Below the pieces are notes generated by a model. The model did not search any database, had not been told where the DNA came from, and worked only from the letters and a program-made list of their open reading frames with translations. The position numbers were made by a program, and so were the translations under genes. From Vicugna vicugna (Eukaryota), in contig MU058844.1 in assembly GCA_013265495.1 (NCBI GenBank), positions 2,025,520 to 2,089,519 of the forward strand: a DNA stretch of 64,000 nt. The letters run 5' to 3'. Within the stretch, counting starts at the first letter, position 1, and each line of letters begins with the position of its first letter. This document shows positions 38,111 to 50,790 of the stretch, one piece after another.

Positions 38111-39769
38111 TGATCTTCACAAATCTTCACAAAAAACCTACAACTGTTGTTTCATTAAAATCTTAAAATTAATATATCAAAAAGGTTAAAAAACAGTACC
38201 AAGTTAACACAACTGATAAGAAAAGAGCTGGGATTAAATCTGTTGATTTTATTGAGATTAAATCTATTGCTATTGAAATCATTTTATTTATTTATTTGTT
38301 TACATTCCTGTCACATACACCAGAATACAAGTCTCATGGGACAAGGGGCCTTGATTTCTGTCAATAAGTACTTGATAAATGAATAAACCACTGAACAAAG
38401 GAGTAAGTGTCTGAAGACAATAGCTCTCCTCTATGTGGCAGAGCTCAACACTGAAAGACTATTACCTGGTCTGGGGTCCCTGAATGAATTCATTTTCATC
38501 CTAAGCAATTCCATCTGCAAAAAAGCCAAGGCAGGCTGTTCTAGGTTTGGCTCCTCATCAAATGTCTGTGTTTGCTCAAACTGGGAATTTGGGGATGTAC
38601 ACTGGGTGAGCAAACTTTGAATCATTTCATGACATACTGGCAGTTTGTGGTTCTGAAGAAGAAATCTGGAAAGTTCAGTGACTTACTATAATATTTTTGC
38701 TCATTTTGTAAACTCTGGAAAAAAATCTTCAAAGTCACAGCCACAAGTTTTGTGACACACAAGGCTATTAAAAATGAGTAATTAAAAGAACATGAATTGT
38801 GGTGTCTTAACAAGAATAGTCCTGATTCTGGGAAAAAGACAGTTTAGCAATCCACTGTCTTTAGAGTTGTTGGCAAAACTTTTCCATTCCTTCATTCTCT
38901 GCCATAAACATCCGATAAGACATGAGGAAATTCTGTGAGCATTCTCGACACTCAAGACTGTTATCAGCACTACATTTGTTTGAGTCATGCATTTTATTCT
39001 GCTGTGTTACTACCCTGAAGCTCATTGAATAACCCTAATTCATAAAACATGATTAGTTCTGTTTATTAAATTTTCTAGTTAGCGAAAATGTAGAAGGAAG
39101 CCTCTTTTTTCTTTTTACCATTGTTTTAACAACTTTCTAAAATATAGTAACATACTTTCCTGAGTTCATTATTGTAACTAACAACCCAATCTTCCTTTAA
39201 AGATGTAGTATCTTTATGTATCTTGGAACCATCTAACTTGCAGTAAGATCCTGTACGTTTTTGTAAGAGGTTGTACCAAATCTGTAGAAATCACAAGGCA
39301 TATCCTAGAATTTATTTCTATTCATCTATTTGTGTTCATTCTACTTTTGTCTAGTTAACTGGACAAGATGTTAATGTAAGGTCCCAATTAGTTGAATTCT
39401 GTTAGATTAATGTTTTAAAAGGCTGACTATAAAGTGAACCAATATGGTACAAAAGATGTCACAAGTGTTCACATTTTGGACATGATAGAAACAATATTTT
39501 GGCAACAGTACTAAAATTCATTCAGCTTGAAAACAAACACAAAACCATCTTCCTACCAAAGCAGAAATGGTGACTCTATAGCATGCTTATTTCGAAGAAT
39601 AGCTTCTAGTTTCTTACTGCTAGAATGATTATGTATAGATGTGTGCCAAAAAAGTGGCAAATATTTTATCATCTGTACTTACTTTCCTCAGAAACTATAT
39701 AGTACTCAGTTACCTCTACATTATATATTATAATAACATACTAAATGAAAGATGTGCTCTTTCTAGTTA

Positions 39770-39890
39770 CTTATAAATTTTTTATATGGAAAATTTCAAA
39801 GACAAAAGTTGAGAATACCACAGTGAACGCCATGAACCTATGACCCAGGACCAGAACACAACCAATCTTGTTCATCTGTATCTGCCCTAG
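39770..39890 (-). mobile_element. L1MC/L1ME terminal 3' fragment
   Basis: 'ttttttatatggaaaatttcaaagacaaaagttgagaataccacagtgaacgccatgaacctatgacccag...ccaatcttgttcatctgtat'. Confidence 0.6.
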
Positions 39891-40859
39891 TATAAACATT
39901 ACTAGCATTCCTAGAACAAATATGAAATGTGGTGTGGTAGAAACACCACTGAATGGAAGAAAATCTGAGTCCAAGTCTTTGCTCTACCATGGGAAAACTC
40001 TAGCTTCTCTATAACTCACAACATGAGGTCTATATAGCCAATTATCGTTAAGCTTGCTTCACAATCTTGTTTTACACACTAGGCTGTAGTAGTATATGGT
40101 GGGTCAGTGTGGTCCTCTGAATGCACCCTGCATCTTCAGTGACCTTTCTCTTTCTAAGTAGATACTTGGATATAACCTATGTATACCACAAAGGCAAAAT
40201 TATAACCAACTTAAAAAAGAAAGTAGAACTTAAAATGGAATAATCTTTGTAACCATAGCTATTCAACCATTATAATGATGACAACTCTTAAAAAAGGCTC
40301 CTGTACCAAAATAGAGGCACAGGCTAGATATATCTTGAATATACACATGCAATCAGTGAAAAACAAAACTGATAATATCATAAATATGTTGTAGAAATAA
40401 AACATTATGAAATAGGCTGATGGCATTTCAAAAACAGCCTAAAGTTATAAACTAAATAGTTTCATCTCAGTAATGGGACAGAATGTTTTGAAATTTATTT
40501 TAATGTGATGAGGTTGCAGTTAATCTGATAATTAAAATTGATTACACATGGAAAATTCATGCAAAAATTGTCAGTGAAATAGAATCCACCCCATGTCACG
40601 TGTTAGCATTATTTGCTTGTCTTAATTCGGTAATGCCACAAACCTAGTCTGTCTTCTTCACTGCTGTATCCCTAGCACCTAGAAAACTACAAAACACAAA
40701 ACAATTATGACTAAACAAATACATTTCTAATCAGTGTATTCTAGGGAAGAAATATGAACATTGAGATGGTTTTCGATATATTCAAATACATTTTGGTGCT
40801 GATTATATCATTTATTTTTGCCTTTCTACACATGGGAATTTGAAAAGGTCTGTGTGCAT

Positions 40860-41320
40860 TTAGCCATAATTTTGACAAAATTAAGTAAATTGAAATTAAT
40901 GGTGAGCTGTGAGGAAGACAACTAATACGTCTCTGACAAATATGTGTAGAAAAAGATAGTGACAGACTGAGGAGATGGGAAGTGTTACAAGGTGAAATTT
41001 ACCAAAAGTAAGTATGAGACTTTCACACATGTGCAGTCAACAGAATTCACTGATACAAAATAAGGAGACTATGACTTAGCAGCTTGATAGTTAACAGTAC
41101 ATTCAGTATCAAGTAAAGAGGTGATTTCATTCCCGAGAAGATAGTATCATTTCAAACTTTATTAAGGGAGTTAAAACTAGGGAAGGAACAGTTCAACTCT
41201 GTACTTAGTCAAGGCTTGGACTATTTCTTTCAGTTCAGGGTACCTTCATTTAGAATAATGTAGATACAGTAAAGTACATTTATAAATGAATGACTAAAAA
41301 TGATATCTGAGAAATATTAA
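40860..41320 (+). mobile_element. L3/CR1 LINE fragment
   Basis: 'gacagactgaggagatggg...gtgaaatttaccaaaagtaagtatgag', 'cttggactatttctttcagttcagggtaccttcatttagaataatgtagatac' resemble the CR1 RT C-terminal region (LEYCVQFWAPHF-like). Confidence 0.55.
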
Positions 41321-41619
41321 AAGGAAGTAGAAAAATTAATCCTAAAGATGTGGAGCCTTATGAAAAGGAATATAAAAGTTAAAAATATATATTAGTGGAT
41401 ATCATCAAGAATTTCTGTTCCTTTGACATTCTCATTATGTCTTATTTTGATCCCACTCTCTTTGAGCCATGCCTCTCCTGGGTGCCCATAGCAGTTAATC
41501 ACTTGTCTTCTCACATCAGTTCTTGATCCCACTCCCCAATTCCATGGTCAACTTAGCAGTCAGAGATTTCTTCACATCACATGTGATGTGAACAGAAAAG
41601 ACAACGGAGTTTATGTTTA

Positions 41620-41800
41620 TATTTATATTTATCTCATTAGATCCTCACAACATCCACATGAAATAATATTACAGCTTAATTTTCCTAAGATGCAGAAAGA
41701 TCACTCAAAACTTTCAAATGACTTATTCAAAGACACATGAGTAGGAAGTTGTGTATCTGTTATTAGAAATCAGGTCTATCTTATTTCAGAATCCATGTTT
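41620..41800 (-). mobile_element. MIR SINE
   Basis: 'atattatctcattagatcctcacaacatccacatgaaataatattac...aaatgacttattcaaagacacatgagtaggaag...agaaatcaggtctatc'. Confidence 0.7.
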
Positions 41801-42265
41801 TATAAGCAACCAAGTTGTGGGTCCTGGGCCGATCAGGGATATGATTTGGGGGAGTAGAGAGAAATATTCTGAAGTAGAACTCCCCAAATAGTTATCAATT
41901 GTTGTGTAGCACATTACCCAAAACACAGTGGCTTAATACTAAAAATATTTATTATATTTCAGAGATTCTTTGAAATATATCAGTTTTATTCACTAACATA
42001 TTTCATGTATCTATTGCCTGGCACTGATGAGGTGTTCAATTATTATTAAAATAAATATGAATGAATTAAATATAAACGTGCATGTGAGTAAAAAAAACTA
42101 AATGCATAAAGTATCATGGAAGTTGATAATATTTTTATATATGGTTATACAATTGCTGTTGAATGCATTTTTTTCTACAAATCTGTAAATAATAGAACAT
42201 TTGGTGATGATGATGTTTAGTGAATTTTGACTTTTCCAATCAACCTTAACTGAAAATACTTTGTG

Positions 42266-42720
42266 CTTTGGTTATCTATTGCCAAATAATAATCTACCCC
42301 AATACTCAGTGGCTTAAAACAACAACTGTTTTGTTTACTTGATCACAATTTGGCAATTTGGGCCAGGGCCAGTGGGGTTTGTTTCTGGTCAAGGTGATTC
42401 CAGCTAGGGCCTCTCCTCTGGAGGACACCAACTGAGCATCCAGTTCCAAGATGGCTTCAGTCACATGGACTCTTTGTGCAGTTGAATTGTCTTCCTCATA
42501 GCATGCCAGTTTCAGGGTAGTCAGGGCCTTACTTTGTGGGGAGCTCTATCTAGAATGCAATAGCTGAATCTCCCATCTTTCTTAACCTTTAGGCCAGCAC
42601 CTACATAGCATGACTTCCTCTGCATTGTACTGGTTAAAGCAGGTCACAGAACAAGCTCAGACTTAAGGAGAATGACTACACAAGAGTGGAAACATAGGGA
42701 GATATGGTTTATTGGGGAAA
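42266..42720 (-). mobile_element. MLT1G/H-like solo LTR
   Basis: 'ttatctattgccaaataataatctaccccaatactcagtggcttaaaacaacaac', 'ccaagatggcttcagtcacatgg', 'tgacttcctctgcattgtactggttaaagcaggtcacag'. Confidence 0.8.
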
Positions 42721-43288
42721 GAGGGTTCTGTGAGGGCAGAGAACTTTCTATATTGTCCAACACTCTACTTCTTTTAGACCAGTGCCTGGTTCATACTAGG
42801 GGCTAAACTATGTATTGAAACAATTGAGTAAAGGAATGGATAAATTATATGAGGAATAAGAAAAATTTTGCTTGACCAAAGAGGGGAAGAATTCAATAGA
42901 AGACTATTATAGGATAATGAAAAAGTTCCAGTTTTGACGAACAAAGCTTGCATGAAGTATAGTGAGAGATTTCTGAGAGATGTTGGATGTCATAGGGAAG
43001 GTGATAGAGGGCCTGATGCAAGGAAAATATGTGACTCAGTCTAAAGAAAAACAAGCTATCTAAGCAGTTTAAAGGTATAACATTTGACATTTCAGCCATT
43101 ATTCTTTCCCAATACATGGTAAACAGATATAAATGAAGCAACAATTCTGAAAAAGAAAAAACAAAACAAAAAACTAACATCTTCAAGGAATGAAGCTTTG
43201 CAGAACAAAATAATGCCAAATAATCACTGCATTAAATTGTTCTATTAGCAACTCAATGAAGAAAAAAAAAACAGTGCCAAAAAATCAC

Positions 43289-43514
43289 TGCTATAGATTG
43301 AATGTTTGTGTCCCTTCAAAATCCCCTGCCCCTTCCTCTGTGGGAGGTTACAGTGAGAAGACAGCTGTCGATGAGGAAGCAGGTGCTCACCAGACACCAG
43401 ATATGCAGGTGCCCTGATCTTGGACTTTCCAGTCTCCAGACTGTGAGAAATAAATCTTTATAAGCCACCCAGTTTATAGTATCTTTGTCATAACAGCCCA
43501 AATGACCTGAGACA
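43289..43514 (+). mobile_element. MLT1A-type solo LTR with internal deletion
   Basis: TG...CA termini ('tgctatagattgaatgtttgtgtccc'...'gacctgagaca'); perfect 5-bp TSD ATCAC (43284-43288 / 43515-43519). Confidence 0.9.
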
Positions 43515-44194
43515 ATCACATTCATAAAAACAGTTGACTATTTTCCAAGTAAGAGAATATCACTACTATTAATAAAGTTTAGAAAGGAAAAAAATAGTAC
43601 CAAGGAGAACTTATCTCTCTTATATTTTTGTTAGTTTGTGTACAATTAGGATTTCAGTAAAACAGAGATTATTGCTTAGCTCTTTAAGAGAAGTTTAAAT
43701 GTAGGGTCATAAATTTTTTAGAAATTTCTGTTCCTTAAAGATATGTGCCATTTTGTGATCATACAGTCCTCACACCTAGCAGTGTCCTGATGGAAAAACC
43801 TCAAGTTTCAACCATGATGTGTCACATAATAAATCAATAAAATATATATTTGAGCTTCTGCTCAAAATTTTGTTATGTACTTGGACCTTGGGCAAATGTT
43901 CAGAAACCCAGAATTGGCTATGAACTAACTAGTCACTGTTATGCCTATTATATCATTGTTTAGTTTCATTTGACAGTTGGGTTTCATTAAAATGCAGAAA
44001 AAAAGAGTATTAAATATGCTCAAAATACATTTAGTTTGGAAAGAATGTTTTCTAACATAGAAAAGGCCTGGTAAATAAAAGTCAGCACATTAGAAAATAA
44101 ATACAGACACTCAATTTGCCCTTTCAGGTTACTGTTCTATACAGGATAAGCCTTAACTACAGACTTGAATACATGGTTAGTACTGTATAAACTC

Positions 44195-44840
44195 ATTCAG
44201 TCATTTACTCAGTAAATATGGATTGAGATTGTATTATGTGCCAAGTCTTGCTCTATGCCTTAGAATTAATCATTGAACAAAAATAATAACCACTACCTTC
44301 ATGGAGTTTATATTCTGATGAGGGAAACAAAAAAAGAAAAATAATGATAAAAATACATGATGTTGCATGTGAGAAGGTAATACATGTTATGGAAATAATA
44401 GAGCGTGGTAATGGGGGGCTAGTGCCAAGTATACGGGAGAAATAGGATACAGCGTTAAATAGGGCACCATGTTAGGGCTCATAGAGAGGTAACTCTGAGG
44501 GGAGGTGTACAATGTAAGGGATGAGTTTTTCACGCAAAGGGGATTACTAGTACAAAGACCCTAAGACAAGAGACCACCTGGCTTACTTGAGCGACAGCAA
44601 GATATTAATAATGTCAGGATGGGAGGGAGTGAAGGATAGAGTACCACAAGTCTGAGAAGTTATAGTGGTGGTTGGGGGAGGGGAGTATTTTTCTGAAGGC
44701 CCTCATGGGCCTTTTAAAATTTTTGGCTGATTTTTTTTTTAAGGGAATTGCAGAGCCAGTGTATAGTTTTGAACAGAGAAGTTTCATGTTGCGAATTAGA
44801 CTTCAACACCTCATGCATACTGCTGTACTGATTATAGCCT
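44195..44840 (-). mobile_element. L2 LINE 3' region
   Basis: 'cattcagtcatttactcagtaaatatggattgagattgtattatgtgccaag...accttcatggagtttatattctgatg...tacaaagaccctaagacaagag'. Confidence 0.8.
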
Positions 44841-45139
44841 GGGATGGGTTAATGCTGCTTTCCCTGAGCACGCAAGTCTGAAGTCCTTGCCTCGCTGCCT
44901 CAGATTTCTTCATCAGTCATCTTATGATGCTGCTGCTCACAAGATTTGAATGAGTTCTTTGGAACATGTGGTTTTTATTTGCTCCCTTTTCTCTAATGCC
45001 ACGTAAATTCGTCATTAGTGGAGAGATTTTGGACACTTTAATAATCTACAAAGAACAAATGTGAAGTTTTTTTACCCCAATGCCTGCATTTGTGGTCTTT
45101 CCATTGGTAAACTCCAAACAGTAGAAATATTAATTACTT

Positions 45140-46330
45140 GAATGAACTAATTAAACAAATATTTATTGTATGTCTATATGTGTCAGGCACTGTTCTATGC
45201 TTGGGCATTTAGCAGTAAACAAAATAAACCAGGACCCTACTCTCATGAAGCTCATATTAAATTTCAAACAATATATGCAACTTACAATGTACATATTGAA
45301 GGTTAGCTCCTATACACATAACTTGAATTTCATTTCAAAGAAGAAGACATGGGAGAAATCCTACTTAGGCTTATCACCTTCTTTCATAGGAACCATACCA
45401 TCAAAGATCACAGGATATTTTCTAATCTAGTTTTGTGCCTTTGAAAAGGGAGGGTGTAATTCTTGTGTTTACAACATTTGTTCCTCCTTTTTCTTCGTAA
45501 CCATATGCTAGTTTTATTCTACTTTCCTCTCTCTGTGCAGCTCATGTGAGTAAGGGGAAAATAAATCCAAACCTAGCTCTAGGTATGACCCAACTGACCT
45601 AAGCCAGTAAGCACAACCTATGGGGGTTGGCCTTCCGGGATGAGCACATGATTGAATTCAGATCAATGTGATGGGAGGAGATGTTTTTGAGAGCTGCTGA
45701 GAAAGAATCTCTCATATTCTCCCAAGAGAGCTCCTCAGACCAAAGTTCTCTCTGTCTGCTCACTGTAAATGAGTCACTGGTAGCCACTAGCAGACCCTGG
45801 TAGCCGTCTTGTAACCCTAAGGAAAAGTAGCCCTAGGTTGAAACAGCGCTAAGAAAGGTGCCAAGGAGGTATGGAAAGGAACAGAGTATTTTGGGATCAC
45901 GAACACTGCATCAAACCTTGCCTAAAGCCAGACATACCTCTGGTCTTCAGCTACTTAGCCCATTAAGTTCCTCTGTTGTTTAAGCCTGAGCTTGAGTCAA
46001 GTTTTCTATTACTTCAGCTAAAGGATTCCCACGTGATACAACTACTACATGGCCAGTGCTAGCAATAACAAAGGAATAACACAGAGTCTGTGACCTCAAG
46101 AGATTTACATTTTAGTGACAAGCAGAAGAGTAATTAGATAACTAATTAGAGTTATGTGGTTTAGAATAAAGGAAAAGAGAAAGATCCATCTAGCAAGAAC
46201 CCACTCAGCTTGTTGGTGGGAGACAGGGAAGGGTTGCCAAGGGAGATTTCCTGGAGATGATCCCTGAAATGCCTTTTATAAATAACTGAGGCAGAGAAAG
46301 AGAACAGTCAAAAGAAACAGGGCCAACACT
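45140..46330 (-). mobile_element. L2 fragments (45140-45260, 46041-46330) flanking the MLT1 LTR
   Basis: 'aacaaatatttattgtatgtctatatgtgtcaggcactgttctatgc...ccctactctcatgaagctcatatt'; 'gtctgtgacctcaagagatttacattttagtg'. Confidence 0.6.
45455..46040 (+). mobile_element. MLT1J/K-like solo LTR
   Basis: 'ctgacctaagccagtaagcac', 'gggatgagcacatga', 'gtagccgtcttgtaacc', 'atcaaaccttgcctaaagccagacatacctctgg', 'gttgtttaagcc...ttttctattacttcagctaaaggattcccacgtgataca'. Confidence 0.8.
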
Positions 46331-46374
46331 CTTGATGAGAGTACTTGTTAACATTTCATCTTTGCTATTTCTCT

Positions 46375-46580
46375 GTCATGCTCAAATATTTGCAGATACT
46401 GTCTCATTTAATCCCTACAACAACTCTGTGAAGTACATACCTCTATATAAATGGGGGAAATTGAGGCTAATAAAAAGTTAAATGACTTGACCCATTTTCA
46501 AATAGCTAAGAAATTGCAGATCTGGAAACCAAATCAACACTTTGACTGTAGGACCCAAATCTGAATTCACTATTTACCAC
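46375..46580 (-). mobile_element. MIR SINE
   Basis: 'tctcatttaatccctacaacaactctgtgaagta...ataaatgggggaaattgaggct...gttaaatgacttgacc'. Confidence 0.75.
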
Positions 46581-47224
46581 TGGCTTCCAGAATGTGAGGA
46601 CTAACGCAAACATTTTCACTTCAAATATTTCTTTACATATGGAGCCTTGGATAAGAGCAGGAGTGGAAATAAGTGAAAGTAGAGAGGAAATCAGGGGCTA
46701 TGTTATAAAAGGATCTCATGCTCCAAAGTTGAGATTTTAGATCTGGAAATTTAATTGCTTATACAATGGGATTCTAAGTGCTATAGTCTTGGTTTGCACC
46801 AAGGCATGTCTGATCACCAGAAAACATCTGCATCAAGTAGGGGCCAGTTAGTGAGATTCAGTAAAATCAACATGACTTGTGATTATCTCAGAAGTGTTGC
46901 AGAAATTCCTGGGGCTCATCTTGCAGTAACATAAGCATACATGAAATCTAAGAAACATTATCACATATAGCTAAAAGTCTTCTCAAAGGATCTTATACAA
47001 AACCACATTTATTTCATGCATATAGAATATTTGACATATATTTTAATGAATGGCAGAGTCTATAAAATAACACTATTAGACATACCAAAGTCTTGTATAA
47101 ACAAGAATTTCTATGAAATGGAGTATAAACTAATTGATGTTTATTAAACTATTCATACTCAGGAACTGTTTGAACTTTATTTAGATTGCATTTATTAAAA
47201 TAAAACTTTTGTTTATAGAATTCT

Positions 47225-47980
47225 TTGCTGGTGGGAATACAAAATGATACAACGGTTATATAAGACCGTTTGGCCATCTCTTACAAGTTAAACAGTACAG
47301 TCCAGCAATAATGCTCCTAGGTATTAAATGAGTTAAAATTTATGTCCATACAGAAACCTGCCCATGAATATTTATAGCAGCTTTACTCATAATTGCCAAA
47401 ATTGGAAGCAACCAAATGTCTTTCAATAGAACAAAGGATAAACAAACAGTAATGTAATTATGCGATAGAATATTATTCAGTGATAAAAATAAGCTATCAA
47501 GATACAAAAAGACAAGGCGAAACTTTAAATCCACGTTGCTAAGAGAAAATAGCCAACGTGAAAAAGCTACACACTGTATAATTTTAACCATATGATACTC
47601 TGGGAAAGGCAAAACTATAGAGATAGAAAAAAAGTCAGTGGTTTCCCAACTTCAGGAGGAGGGAAACAGGGATGAACAGGTGGAGCACAGGGCACTTTCA
47701 GGGTTGTTGAAAATATTCTGTGTGATACTACAATGGAGGGCACATAACATTATGCATTTGTCAAAAGTGTACAATGTAAAGGGTGAACCCTCATGCAAAC
47801 AATGGACTTTAGTTGATGTACCAGTATCGTTCATCAGTTGTAACAAAAGCACCACACTAATGAAGGATGTTAATAATAGGGGAAACTGTGAGAAGTGAGT
47901 ATACAGACACTCCTTGTATTTTCTGCATGATTTTTCTGAAAACCCAAAACTGCTCTAAAAAATTAAATCTATTAAAATTT
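47225..47980 (+). mobile_element. L1MC1/2-like 3' end
   Basis: 'ttgctggtgggaatacaaaatgatacaac', 'gcagctttactcataattgccaaaattggaagcaacc', 'gttcatcagttgtaacaaaagcaccacactaatgaaggatgttaataataggggaaactg', 'aaaactgctctaaaaaattaaatcta'. Possible TSD aaaataaaac(t/a)ttt at ~47197 and ~47981. Confidence 0.9.
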
Positions 47981-50124
47981 AAAATAAAACATTTATTTAG
48001 AGGTCATTAGAGAGCAACATAAGCCACAGATAATTAAATTCTGACATTAGCAGTATAAGTTCTAATACATTTTAAAATTCAGAGAGACCCTAGAGGTTCT
48101 CTAGTCTAAGCATGTCTTCGTTCATTTTAGAACCTCAAGTTCAGAGAGTGTAATGACTGTTGCCTTGGCCACAAAGCATGAAAATGGGAGAACCTGGATT
48201 TGAATTCAGTTCACTTGACTTAGAGTTCATAACATTTTTCACTTCACCAACTGATTGTAGTGTGAAAGAGTCCAGGGCGCAGAGCCATGGCATGAGGTCT
48301 TCTGAACAGCAGTGAAAATATAAATGTACATTTCCTATATGCTTTTGCCACCAACAGTGGTCCGTATTTTGAAACAACATGCACACCTACATGCGTGGGT
48401 GTGCACTTGCACACACAAGCACACTCATATATACAAACACCCTTTATCAGGGTCTTTTGATTGTTTCATATAAAGAAATAAAAAAACTCTTAGAGCAGAG
48501 CTTATTTTATAGATTCACTGAACAATATTTCTCTGAGTTGTTGGATTGCATTTTTGGGGATGAAAGGAGGAGGAGCTACTGAACAATTCCTAGCTTGTAT
48601 AAATCCTCTCTTTTTTTAAATCTAGCATCTGTGTAGATTTTTGTAATTTGGCAGAGCCTGTATCTGGATATGACAGATTTCAGCTGGAAAAATATGTTGT
48701 GAAAAATCTTTCAGATGTCCCATCACAACTGGGACCTCTGCTAAATCCAAAAGTGCAGCTGGACCATATTATTACATAGTTATTTTATTTGCATTCCTGA
48801 CCCCTAAGGAGTAAGTGGATTTCCATCTGGTATATTATATCATTCTTCTTCTATGATGAGGGTAAGCAGTTTTTTTAAAGTTATGCTAACTGCATAACTA
48901 CATTAAATATTATCAATCAGATTATTTGAAACAATATTATTCTTTATTAACTTAGCAAGGAACTGTAATACCAACTATATCTCAAAAAAGAATATTTGAA
49001 TATGATCATAGTTAAATAACTTTGCACAGTTAAAGATGAGAATTAAAGAAGGATAAAATAAAATTTTATTCAATAGGCTTTTAAAATAATGTATCTTTAA
49101 AAGCATCTATTATCTCTCTAGTGTATGTGACTTCCTCAAAGTCTCAGAGCTAGTCTTCACATATCTCTTGACCAAAAACCTCAGGCTTTTCCTGAGTTAG
49201 AGGATAGCAGAGTTCCTACTGTCAGAAAGAGACAAAAAGAAAGAGACAGAGACAGAGACACAGAGAAAGAAAAGAAACAAGAATGGGTTTCTCAAGTAAA
49301 TTATAATTTACATCAAGATTCTCCTATCTGCTATGTGATTTCAGCTCTAGAGCAGGGCAGATGCTCATATCCCAGTGTCACAGATGAAAGCCTGGCCACC
49401 CGGTGAGGTCAAGTGTGCTCTCTGAGTTAGTGGGGTCAGAAGTTTACCTCAATTTTCGGCTTTAAATTATATCTGTCTGCTTCTACAGCAACAGAGAAGA
49501 GACATTATGAAAATGTGTTCTCTGTTTAATTACACACCATGCCAGGATCTTACTCCCCTTGAAATACTTTTGTAGATGAAACAGTTTAAAAGTGCCAACC
49601 ATTTCATATGAAAGAGAGTTCCTAAAGTAAACGTGCTGATATAAAGGGCAACTATTGACAAGCATCTTATGTTTGATAAACTTACTCTCTTCCATTTAGA
49701 AAGTGACTAAATGCTATTTGTGTTCAGAAGTATGTCTTTCGGAGAGGAAAATGTGGTGCCGGTCTAGCTGCTCCTCTCAGAGTTGCTGGTATTGGAAATG
49801 ACCCAACAGAATCACACGACTACGCCTACAGCTTGTCTTCACATTAACCACCCTTGGAAATGGTTTTCCATTATAAGGCCAGGCTGAGAAGGCTTCCAGT
49901 ACGGGGAAGTACTGTGGAGATGTGACCTCAAGACCCTTGATTTGAAAGAAGAATTCCACATGGCTGAGAGACAATAATTGGCGTCCAGAGCAGTGGGGCT
50001 CCATGGAGGCCACAGCTGTATCCTGGATGGGACAGAGCAAGTGCTTGCTTGGCAAGCAGGTCCAGATTGTCACAATTCATGCCGTAGATATGGGACCTCA
50101 GAAGGAGATTGTTAAATTTAACGC

Positions 50125-50572
50125 ATGCTGGCTAGACTCTATTTACCATCTCTGCCCTGTCCTGCGTCCCAGAGGACTGACCTCTATGGACCTCATTATG
50201 GTGCTTCCTTTAGTCTCTGGCTTCCACTGGGTCTGACAAATGAGAGTAATCTGCAGGGCAGGGGCAGAAGTGATTTGCCTCACCTCCTTCCCCACCAGCT
50301 GTGGCCTTGTCAGTGGCTGTGTGCCTCTGCTTCTGCTGAGGCACTTACTCAGACCCCAGCCTCCGGGCACAGATTTCCCTGGATTCTGATAATACCAGTG
50401 CCCTCCCTTTTCCCTCCAGGGATGGTCACTGTCTGCAACTATTGCTTCTTCCTGGATGGATCAGCCGTTCTCTCTACTTTATCACCTGAACACACCTCTG
50501 TTTAGCTCCTTCATTAAAGTCTTTTCAATTCAATACTTTGTGTTTTTTTCTGCTCACATCCTAACTAATATA
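50125..50572 (+). mobile_element. LTR33-family (ERVL) solo LTR
   Basis: 'ctgccctgtcctgcgtcccagaggactgacctctatggac...ctctggcttccactgggtctgacaaatgagag...cacacctctgtttagctccttcattaaagtc...tcctaactaatata'. Confidence 0.8.
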
Positions 50573-50589
50573 AAGTAATAATAATTGCT

Positions 50590-50790
50590 AATAAGTATTA
50601 TTATATGTCAAATAATATGTTAATAAGTAGAAATGCCTTATAAAATCTTACAGTAAATGTCTGAGGCTGATATGTATTATTTACAAATAAATATTAGAAA
50701 ACTGAATGATTTCCCCAAGGACATGCATCTCACTTGGATGAATTAGGACTCAGGCTCTGATTTTCTGATTCCAGAGATTAGTCTCATTTA
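50590..50790 (-). mobile_element. MIR SINE
   Basis: 'aatcttacagtaaatgtctgagg...tttacaaataa...gaatgatttccccaaggacatgcatc...ttttctgattccagag'. Confidence 0.55.

Noticed and set aside
50125..50505. 126-aa ORF
   Set aside because: Lies entirely within the LTR33 solo LTR; a chance ORF in GC-richer repeat DNA.
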